Part shown: piece after piece, positions 56,683-64,000 of the stretch
Layout of the letters: each line of letters begins with the position of its first letter
Position numbering within the stretch: position 1 is the first letter of the stretch
Assembly (NCBI GenBank): GCA_963664195.1
Contig: OY760907.1
Coordinates: 320,001-384,000 of the forward strand
Direction of reading: 5' to 3'
Source: an uncultured candidate division Zixibacteria bacterium
GTDB lineage: Bacteria; Zixibacteria; MSB-5A5; GN15; FEB-12
DNA: 64,000 bases
The notes under the pieces: generated by a model
The model's database searches: none
The model's input: only the letters and a program-made list of their open reading frames with translations
What the model was told of the DNA's origin: nothing
Made by a program: the position numbers and the translations under genes

Positions 56683-58847
56683 CAGTCGCGAACCAGCAGT
56701 ATTTTGCCTCGTCCGACATTACCGTCTTCGTCATTCAGCACGAAGAGGTAAACTCCGGAGGCGACTCTTTCCCCCTGTTGATTGCGGCCGTCCCAAACCG
56801 GCTCCGACTTTTCAATGATGAGTTCACCGGCAACCGTGAAAATGCGAAGATCAGCTTTTCGAGCGAAATTGAAATTCAACAAGTCGTCGTCAGAGGTCAC
56901 CACATACGGATTAGGGAAGGCATACACGGAATCAATGTCGTCGGTGGGACGTCCAATGGTCGATCCAATCACTGACAAACCGCCCGGAGTAGAAATGTAC
57001 ATGTCGCCTGAAAGTCCGTCAAACGTGATGTTGGTGATCTCTTCGTTGACCAGACCGCTATTCCGGGTGGTGAAGATGGTCAGCGTCCCGCTGACTTCCT
57101 CGTATCTTGCAAGTCCGTTGACGGCACCAATCCAGACATTGTCCCGACTGTCGAATTCCAGAGCCTTGATATCGGGCCCGAATCCTTCTCTCAGGTCGAA
57201 TCCGACAAAACGGTCGATTCCCGTATCATAGCGGGCAACTCCGGAGTTTGTCGCAATCCAGAGCACTCCCTCGTTGTTGAATTTCACGGCCCGCACCGAA
57301 TTGGACATTATGCGACGAAAATAGTTGGAGGAATTGTCCTGATAGTGGATGACAGAGTCAACTCCGTTCCTCACCGGATCGACGTCAAGATAGCAGAGAT
57401 ACAGGCCTCCGTCGGTCGCCACTGCAAGACGGCCATCGTTGTAGTCCAGTCCGACAACCATGGGATCGGAGATGATACCGGCACCGAGATATGTCCAACC
57501 GGAAGGCTCGTCCAGCCGGTTTATATCCCCGATAGCGACCCGGCAATCGTACCCGCTCTCGAAGACCGACGCGAATATCAGGTTGTCTCCCGTGGCAATA
57601 CCCGGGCAGGCTATGTACGAGACGGACCCCGACACACCACGCAAACTGGAATTCTGATCGTTGTACGTGGCAATCGTATCCCCCACGCGAGAGATGCCCG
57701 CCCCCCAGGTGCCGACCCAGTTCCAACCCTGATCATCTATCGCAAGGCGGGTACCCCGGGACGAAATGGGAACCGGGCGAGGTTCCCATTGTCCGCTGCG
57801 CAGCTCATACGGCCCTTGAGTCCTGAATAACACGGTTACCAGGCCGTTCGGATCGATTGAGACATCGCTGACATTGTTGGCCGGCAGACCGGTGTACTCG
57901 TAGTCCGCCCATTCAGCACCATCGCCGGAAAACAACCGATTATCGGCAGTAGCAACCCAGCGCTCACCGGCGCGAATTGTCCCGGTCATCACCGAGAACG
58001 GCAGCCCTGACAGCCCCAGCGAAGACGCGGTACCGTCCTTTATGAACCCGATTCCAGCATCGGTATATATGAACAATGTATCGTGGTCGACCTTCAAATC
58101 ACGAATGTAGCGATCCGGCGCGTACGAAAGCTTCACCAGCGTATCCTGCGCCATGTCCAGTCGGTACACGCCTTCAGCCGTGCCGACGTATATCTGGGAT
58201 TCGAATCGGACTACCGACGACATGACGTTGCTGCCGAGTTCATCGTACTCTGCCTTGGAATAGGTTTGCCAGCTCGCCGGTGCATTCAGGCTGTTGGGAA
58301 CCGACTTATCTGAGATCGCGAGACCGTCGGAGGTTGCCAACAGAATCGTGTCGCCAACCAGCTCGATATCATACACGTCGGGCGATGGATTCAGGTTTCC
58401 AAACAACTGATAATCGTCCTTGATCAGTCCGTTATCCACAGCTTTGGAAAAGAGAATCAGTCCGATTGACGTTCCTACCCAGAGGAACTCACCGTCATCC
58501 TCAAGCGTGAACAGCGAAAGCAACTCATCATTGTCCGCGAAGAGATAGCGGGTTGAGACTGCACCGTTGAACCTGACCAGTCGACCGAGTCCGGTCACCC
58601 ATTTCTGACCGTCGGCGGCCTCAATAATGTCAGTGATATCGTTGGTGCCAAGCCCGCTTAAATTCGTATACGGAACGCCGGGCGCGTCAGCATCGCCTAT
58701 GGCCAGCAGACCGCCCGAAGTTGCGGCATATACGGTGTCATTGATAACGCGCATATTCCGCACTTCACCAAAAGAGGTCCAGCTAGTCCAGTCTTGCGCA
58801 TGAACGGTTGAGCCGACAAGCAAAATCGCGATGAACGCCCGGATCAC
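56682..58847 (-). CDS. Two-component-regulator-propeller protein with sorting domain (PorZ-like)
   Basis: Signal peptide ending VHAQ-DW, AATSGGL, repeated (L/V)W(V/I)(G/A)T blades, VYAFPNPY..WDGRN..VASGVY; start set at GTG 58847 (ATG 58901 possible). Confidence 0.75.
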   Translation of the reverse strand: MIRAFIAILLVGSTVHAQDWTSWTSFGEVRNMRVINDTVYAATSGGLLAIGDADAPGVPYTNLSGLGTNDITDIIEAADGQKWVTGLGRLVRFNGAVSTRYLFADNDELLSLFTLEDDGEFLWVGTSIGLILFSKAVDNGLIKDDYQLFGNLNPSPDVYDIELVGDTILLATSDGLAISDKSVPNSLNAPASWQTYSKAEYDELGSNVMSSVVRFESQIYVGTAEGVYRLDMAQDTLVKLSYAPDRYIRDLKVDHDTLFIYTDAGIGFIKDGTASSLGLSGLPFSVMTGTIRAGERWVATADNRLFSGDGAEWADYEYTGLPANNVSDVSIDPNGLVTVLFRTQGPYELRSGQWEPRPVPISSRGTRLAIDDQGWNWVGTWGAGISRVGDTIATYNDQNSSLRGVSGSVSYIACPGIATGDNLIFASVFESGYDCRVAIGDINRLDEPSGWTYLGAGIISDPMVVGLDYNDGRLAVATDGGLYLCYLDVDPVRNGVDSVIHYQDNSSNYFRRIMSNSVRAVKFNNEGVLWIATNSGVARYDTGIDRFVGFDLREGFGPDIKALEFDSRDNVWIGAVNGLARYEEVSGTLTIFTTRNSGLVNEEITNITFDGLSGDMYISTPGGLSVIGSTIGRPTDDIDSVYAFPNPYVVTSDDDLLNFNFARKADLRIFTVAGELIIEKSEPVWDGRNQQGERVASGVYLFVLNDEDGNVGRGKILLVRD

Positions 58848-58858
58848 TCCGGATCGAA

Positions 58859-60457
58859 TCAGACGGATCGCCTCGACGGCTGTATCTTCTGAATAAGCCA
58901 TATTAGCATCAATATACAGATCAGGCTCACGGTAATCAAGAAAGAGGCCAGCCCGATCACGTCACCGTGGCGAGTGAAAAACGAAAACTCCTCAACTGCA
59001 CGCACCCTGCCGGTCAGGGCAGCGGCCGTATCCACCGGCAGCGATTCCCGAATTCGCCCGTAATCATCGACGAAATAGCTCAATCCGCTGTTTGCCGCGC
59101 GGACTCCCCAACTCCGGTTCTCTACCGCCCGGGTGACAAATATCCGGTCATGCATGTGGACGCCAAGCGTGTGCTCAAACCAGGTATCATTTGTTATACC
59201 AACCAGGAAGCCGGCGCCATCAAGAATCATCTTTCTCGAAAACTCCGGAAAGGTCGATTCAAAACAAATCAATATGCCAAATCGCCCGCCGGGGATGTCA
59301 AAGATCGTAGTCACTTCACCGGGGCGAAAATCTGACCACCACTGGACGTCGAAAGTCTCGATGAAAGTTAAGTACTTCGTCAGGAATTCTCGACGCAGAA
59401 ACGGCAGATGATCCTGATACGGCACCTGCTCGGTGAACGGCACCAGCTTGACTTTGTCGTGCCTCGGTCCGAGCACCCCCTCGGGAGTAAAGAGATAAGA
59501 GGAGTTGAAGTGCTTTTGAGTCTCGCCGGACAGATCGGCTCCCAGCGCCCCCACCAGGTGATACCCGCCGGTTTTGCGGGCAGTGTTACCAATCATGAGC
59601 CGATGACGATAGTCATGCGACAAATAGCTCGGGGCGGAGGTCTCCGGCCAGACGTATAGAACTACATTGGTATCGTCGACCGTCTGTGCCAGGGAATCAT
59701 ACAGGTTAAAACTGAAGTCTTCGTTGCCGTCCATCCACTTGTCTTCGATCGGCACTGACCCCTGCAGCACGGCAATGTCAATCTTGCCGGGTAGAGGGAT
59801 CGGCGGCATGACTATCCAGCCATAAGCCGTCAGGGCAATAATTATCGCAAACCCGGACAGCGCGGCAGTCATCCTTCGTGCAGGTTCGACGTTGCTTCTC
59901 AACACCTGCCAGAAAAGCAGGTTGACGGACACGATCAAAAACGAAAGGCCGTGCACCGAAGTAATCGATACGAACTGGAGAATGTACGAGTAATACGCCT
60001 GCGTGTACCCGAGGTCTGACCAGGGAAATGCAAACTGGGTCAACGTGCGAAAATACTCCATCCCCACCCAGAGAAACGGCACAGCAACGATGCCGTAGAT
60101 TTTTCTCAGCCTGTACAGCTTGCCAAACAGTGTCAGAACGGCTGTGTAGTAGAACGCCACGATCGCAACGGCCGCGAAAAACCCTCCCGGTGTCACCAGA
60201 TTCAACCAGTAGAGCGAAAAAGCATTGAAGAAGAATCCGAAGAAATACGCGGCACCGAATGCCTCACGAGCCTTCAGTCGAGATAGAATCATCAAAGGCC
60301 GGACCAGAGCGATCCAGGCGAGGAAACCAAAATAGTCGGGACAAAAGGCAAGTGACAACAGGAACGACCAGATCGTCAGTTCCAGCCGTCGTTTGCGTAT
60401 CTCAAGACTGGCAGGAAAAACAAGAGCAACGAGTTTTTTGAGAAAGCTCTGCAGCAG
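58859..60457 (-). CDS. lnt: Apolipoprotein N-acyltransferase; start ambiguous
   Basis: FPWSDLGYTQ, WPETS, KVKLVPF, ICFES, TNDTWF, RAVEN, RAANSG; frame open up to CTG 60457. Confidence 0.93.
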   Translation of the reverse strand: MLQSFLKKLVALVFPASLEIRKRRLELTIWSFLLSLAFCPDYFGFLAWIALVRPLMILSRLKAREAFGAAYFFGFFFNAFSLYWLNLVTPGGFFAAVAIVAFYYTAVLTLFGKLYRLRKIYGIVAVPFLWVGMEYFRTLTQFAFPWSDLGYTQAYYSYILQFVSITSVHGLSFLIVSVNLLFWQVLRSNVEPARRMTAALSGFAIIIALTAYGWIVMPPIPLPGKIDIAVLQGSVPIEDKWMDGNEDFSFNLYDSLAQTVDDTNVVLYVWPETSAPSYLSHDYRHRLMIGNTARKTGGYHLVGALGADLSGETQKHFNSSYLFTPEGVLGPRHDKVKLVPFTEQVPYQDHLPFLRREFLTKYLTFIETFDVQWWSDFRPGEVTTIFDIPGGRFGILICFESTFPEFSRKMILDGAGFLVGITNDTWFEHTLGVHMHDRIFVTRAVENRSWGVRAANSGLSYFVDDYGRIRESLPVDTAAALTGRVRAVEEFSFFTRHGDVIGLASFLITVSLICILMLIWLIQKIQPSRRSV

Positions 60458-62005
60458 CTAGCCTTTCACCAGAAGTGACTTGCCGGTCATCTCCCGGGGC
60501 CTTTCGATTCCCATTATCTCAAGCACCGTGGGGGCAACATCGGCCAAAATACCACCGTCGCGGAGCGATACTTTCTCCGAGGAACTCAACTGGCCGGAGG
60601 GATCAAACAGGATCAACGGCACCGGGTTGGTCGTGTGGGCCGTCCACGGACCACCGCGGTCCGGATCCACCATGAGCTCCGCATTTCCATGATCGGCAGT
60701 AATCAACGCGACGCCTTTCTGCTTCTCAACGGCCGCAAGAACTCGCCCAAGACCGGTGTCAACAGCCTCGACTGCAGCTTTGGCAGCATCGAAAATCCCG
60801 GTGTGCCCGACCATGTCACAATTGGCGTAATTGATCAGAACAAAAGAGTAATCGCGTGAATTTATACGCCGGACAACATTGTCTGTCACTTCCACCGAGG
60901 ACATTTCCGGCTGGAGATCATAGGTGGCGACTTTCGGCGACGCGACCATATCGCGGTCTTCGTTCTCAAAAGGTTTTTCGACGCCCCCGTTGAAGAAGAA
61001 CGTCACGTGGGCATATTTCTCAGTCTCCGCCGTGCGCAACTGCTTTAGCCCCTCCGCGGCCAGGATTTCACCCAGGATGTTATTCAAGTGCACCGGGTGA
61101 AACGCGACTTTTGCCTCATACAGCTTTTTCTCGAAATTGGTCATCGTAACCAGCTCGATTCCCGGATTGTCCGGGTAGGAAAACCCTTCGATTTCATGAC
61201 CACAGAGGAGATGCGCCAACTGCCTCATCCGGTCGGCCCGGAAATTAAACATGATGACCGCATCCCGCTCCTGAAGACGCCCCTTCTCCGGGTCGCCGTT
61301 GTCTATCTTGACGGGTTTGATGAACTCGTCCGTGATACCCTCGGCATACGAAGCCTTGATCACTTCAAGCGGATCCTTCGCAGAGCCGTTCTGACCGCCG
61401 ACGATCAAACTGTACGCCTGCTGGGTCCGCTCCCAGCGACGGTCACGATCCATGCCATAGTACCGCCCGCCTATCGTGGCAACTTTTCCAAGACCGATTT
61501 CATCAAACTTCGCGAGGACTTCCTTCATATACCCTGCACCTGATTGCGGCAGCGTATCGCGACCATCCATGAAAGCATGCAGGTAGACTTCCTTCACACC
61601 CTTGCGACTGGCCATTTCAACCAGGGCGTAGAGATGATCCAGTGATGAATGTACTTTGCCGTCGGAAACGAGTCCAAACAAGTGAAGCGCCCTCTTTTCG
61701 AGCGCCACACGTTCCATGGCCGAAGCAAAAACGCCGTTCTGATAGAACTCGCCGCTTTCGATAGCACGGTCAATCCGGGTTACGTCCTGATATACAACTC
61801 GTCCGGCACCCAGGTTCAGATGGCCCACCTCGCTGTTACCCATCTGCCCTTCGGGCAGCCCGACCGCTGGCCCGGAGCACTCGATGAGCGTGTGCGGGCA
61901 ATCAGCAAGAAGTCTGTTTATTGTCGGCGTATTCGCCGCCGCAATGGCGTTGTCCTTTTTCTCTTCACGCCACCCGAAACCATCCATGACACAGAGTAGA
62001 ACCAT
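60458..62005 (-). CDS. gpmI: 2,3-bisphosphoglycerate-independent phosphoglycerate mutase
   Basis: GQMGNSEVGH, DGRD, GRYYGMDRD, AETEKYAHVTFF, DMVGHTG, ADHGN. Confidence 0.97.
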   Translation of the reverse strand: MVLLCVMDGFGWREEKKDNAIAAANTPTINRLLADCPHTLIECSGPAVGLPEGQMGNSEVGHLNLGAGRVVYQDVTRIDRAIESGEFYQNGVFASAMERVALEKRALHLFGLVSDGKVHSSLDHLYALVEMASRKGVKEVYLHAFMDGRDTLPQSGAGYMKEVLAKFDEIGLGKVATIGGRYYGMDRDRRWERTQQAYSLIVGGQNGSAKDPLEVIKASYAEGITDEFIKPVKIDNGDPEKGRLQERDAVIMFNFRADRMRQLAHLLCGHEIEGFSYPDNPGIELVTMTNFEKKLYEAKVAFHPVHLNNILGEILAAEGLKQLRTAETEKYAHVTFFFNGGVEKPFENEDRDMVASPKVATYDLQPEMSSVEVTDNVVRRINSRDYSFVLINYANCDMVGHTGIFDAAKAAVEAVDTGLGRVLAAVEKQKGVALITADHGNAELMVDPDRGGPWTAHTTNPVPLILFDPSGQLSSSEKVSLRDGGILADVAPTVLEIMGIERPREMTGKSLLVKG

Positions 62006-62011
62006 AATTGT

Positions 62012-63061
62012 TTACACCAATACTACTTTGGATTTGCCGCCCTTTATCTCTCCAACGCGGAACGCCTTCTCCCCCGCTGCCTCAAGCGCATTCAGCATGT
62101 TACCGGCTTCCGATTCACCCACTACGATAATGTAGCCCACGCCCATATTGAACGCATTATACATTTCGTCCTCAGCGATATCCCCCGTCCTTTGCAGGAA
62201 ACCGAATATCGGCGGTATATCAAACGTCCCCTTACGTATTTCGGCCGATAGCCCTTCAGGAATAATCCTCTTCAGATTTCCGGGAATGCCTCCGCCGGTT
62301 ATATGGGCCATCCCGTGGACATCGAATCTCTCGAGCAGCGGATGAACCACACCTGCGTAACACCGGTGAACCTGCATAAGTGCCTTGTCTATCGTGGTTC
62401 CCAATTCTGCCACTTCCTGACCCGGCTTCAATCCGGCCACTTCAAACGCGATCTTCCTCGCCAGAGTGTAGCCATTGGTATGGAGACCGTTGGAGGGCAG
62501 CCCTATACAGACATCCCCCTGTCGGATCGTCGAGCCGTTGATGACGTTATCGCCGTCAACCAGCCCGACAATAAACCCGGCTAGATCATACTCGCCCGCC
62601 TGATAGAAGTCCGGCATTTCAGCAGTTTCTCCACCGAGAAGCGCGATTCCGGCATTCTGGCATCCGCGGCTAAGCCCCTCGACCACTTCGGCAATGACTT
62701 CCGGTTTGAGCTTGCCGGTGGCAATATAGTCGAGGAAAAAGAGCGCCCGGGCACCGTGAACGAGGATATCATCAACGCAATGATTGACCAGGTCCTCGCC
62801 GACGGTATCGTTTTTCCCGGTCGTGAAAGCGATTTTGAGCTTGGTACCGACGCCGTCCGCTGAGGAAATCAGCACCGGGTTATTGATGCCGGCCAGGTTT
62901 GGTTTGAAGAAGCCCCCAAACGAGCCGATTTCGGACAGCACACTGTCGTTAAAGGTCTTGCGAGCCAGTGCTTTAATGCGATCTACGGCATCTTCGCCAG
63001 CCTTGATATCGACACCGGCGGAGGCGTAACTAAGTTCGGGTTTGGAATCTTGTTTGCTCAT
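62012..63061 (-). CDS. purM: Phosphoribosylformylglycinamidine cyclo-ligase
   Basis: YASAGVDI, DGVGTK, GGETAEMP, GLHTNGY, HITGGG, FNMG. Confidence 0.97.
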   Translation of the reverse strand: MSKQDSKPELSYASAGVDIKAGEDAVDRIKALARKTFNDSVLSEIGSFGGFFKPNLAGINNPVLISSADGVGTKLKIAFTTGKNDTVGEDLVNHCVDDILVHGARALFFLDYIATGKLKPEVIAEVVEGLSRGCQNAGIALLGGETAEMPDFYQAGEYDLAGFIVGLVDGDNVINGSTIRQGDVCIGLPSNGLHTNGYTLARKIAFEVAGLKPGQEVAELGTTIDKALMQVHRCYAGVVHPLLERFDVHGMAHITGGGIPGNLKRIIPEGLSAEIRKGTFDIPPIFGFLQRTGDIAEDEMYNAFNMGVGYIIVVGESEAGNMLNALEAAGEKAFRVGEIKGGKSKVVLV

Positions 63062-63067
63062 GGGCGC

Positions 63068-63096
63068 AATCTATTCGCTGGGTTGAGGGATGTCAA
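63068..63096 (-). promoter_or_regulatory. Sigma70-type promoter of purM (probably leaderless mRNA)
   Basis: TTGACA-N17-TAGATT ending 6 nt before the ATG. Confidence 0.7.
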
Positions 63097-63305
63097 CAGA
63101 AGGTTGTACATAGCCCTGTGGATTGCCGCTCACACGGCCTGCACCGCAACTGCGACTAAGGTGATCATTTTTAGATTGCTTTCGGCAGGGAGAATCGCCA
63201 TAATAAGAGACATACCGGGCGCACGCGACCGGCCCGAGTGACATCGACAGACAAACAAGACTTACATAGTGATCTAAAACATACAGCAACGCCAGGAGTT
63301 AGTCT

Positions 63306-63518
63306 ATGCCTGCGCCTGATTTGGTCTGGATCTGTGTAACCGCATTCGCCGCTGTCTCCGTGCTTCTCGCCGCACTGGCTGCAATTATGCGCCTGATCCT
63401 CATAGTATTTCCGGAACAAGAAGAAGTCAATGATCCGATGGTGATTGCGTCCGTGGCAACCGTGCTTCAGACGATCTACCCCGGAGCACGAATCACCAAA
63501 GTTGAGGAGGTCACATGA
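63306..63518 (+). CDS. OadG-like small membrane subunit of a Na+-translocating decarboxylase
   Basis: AGGAG RBS, N-terminal TM segment, VIASVATVL; ATGA-coupled to the following carboxyltransferase. Confidence 0.65.
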   Translation: MPAPDLVWICVTAFAAVSVLLAALAAIMRLILIVFPEQEEVNDPMVIASVATVLQTIYPGARITKVEEVT

Positions 63519-64000
63519 TTTTTACTTCAACCCCAAAAACAATTCGGGTGATGTTCACCCCTTTCCGGGACGGCCTCCAGAGTTCTTTCGGTGGCAAGGT
63601 TCGCCTGATGGATTTTCTTCCGGCGATGAAAGCCTCGGCCGAAGCCGGCATTCGTCACTTTGAGTTTGGCGGCGGTGCCCGTTATCAGGCACCGTATTTC
63701 TATCTTGGCGAAGATCCTTTTGAAGACATGAGGAAAATCCGTGAGGCTGTCGGACCGGATGTGGATCTTCAGATTCTCACGCGTTCTGTTTCAGGCGTAA
63801 CGTTGACCACACAGTCTCTAGAGGGACTCACACTCCAGGCCAAATTGATGCAAGAGAACGGCACTACCTGGGATCGCAATTTCGACTATATGAACGATGT
63901 CGGAAACCTCATCAAGACAGGCAGGCCGATCGTTGAAGCGGGCATGCACCACCAGGTCTGTATTGCCCTGATGGGATTGCCGTTCCACTCCGAAAAAGTC
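63515..64000 (+). CDS. Oxaloacetate decarboxylase alpha / pyruvate carboxylase subunit B-like carboxyltransferase (partial, runs off the window)
   Basis: Translation MIFTSTPKTIRVMFTPFRDGLQS..EFGGGARYQ..LGEDPF..RNFDYMND. Confidence 0.85.
   Translation, partial: MIFTSTPKTIRVMFTPFRDGLQSSFGGKVRLMDFLPAMKASAEAGIRHFEFGGGARYQAPYFYLGEDPFEDMRKIREAVGPDVDLQILTRSVSGVTLTTQSLEGLTLQAKLMQENGTTWDRNFDYMNDVGNLIKTGRPIVEAGMHHQVCIALMGLPFHSEKV

Overview
Bacterial chromosomal window, mostly core genome. The gene content (FlgD-type 'QNYPNPFNP' C-terminal sorting domains, C25 gingipain, PorX- and PorZ-like genes) suggests an FCB-group organism such as Zixibacteria; this is inferred, not searched. In order: a PuuR-type regulator with a speD/ornithine decarboxylase/speE operon; two decayed IS stubs; valS and mazG; an outer-membrane beta-barrel; a signalling block (two HDOD proteins, a degenerate GGDEF protein, a sigma54 activator, two GAF kinases) at the tail of serS-kinase-porX-tsaE-tsaB-rimI-accD-folC; rpmB; an orphan flagellin with a sigma54 promoter; a large secreted beta-helix protein; the dcw cluster (mraZ to ftsZ); a C25 peptidase; a purM-gpmI-lnt-porZ-like-GNAT-glycosyltransferase run; and the start of oadG/oadA-like genes. 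The most unusual structure lies just downstream of ftsZ (31.8-33.3 kb). It has three near-identical ~212-bp units bounded by REP-like hairpins, each carrying a -35/-10 promoter. Two units point into different orphan genes, and the middle unit looks like an empty slot with a 21-bp scar. This is a candidate REP-bounded, promoter-carrying gene-cassette array. Three apparent single-base deletions (folC, the beta-helix gene, possibly murE) may be assembly errors. No rRNA, tRNA or CRISPR array was recognised.
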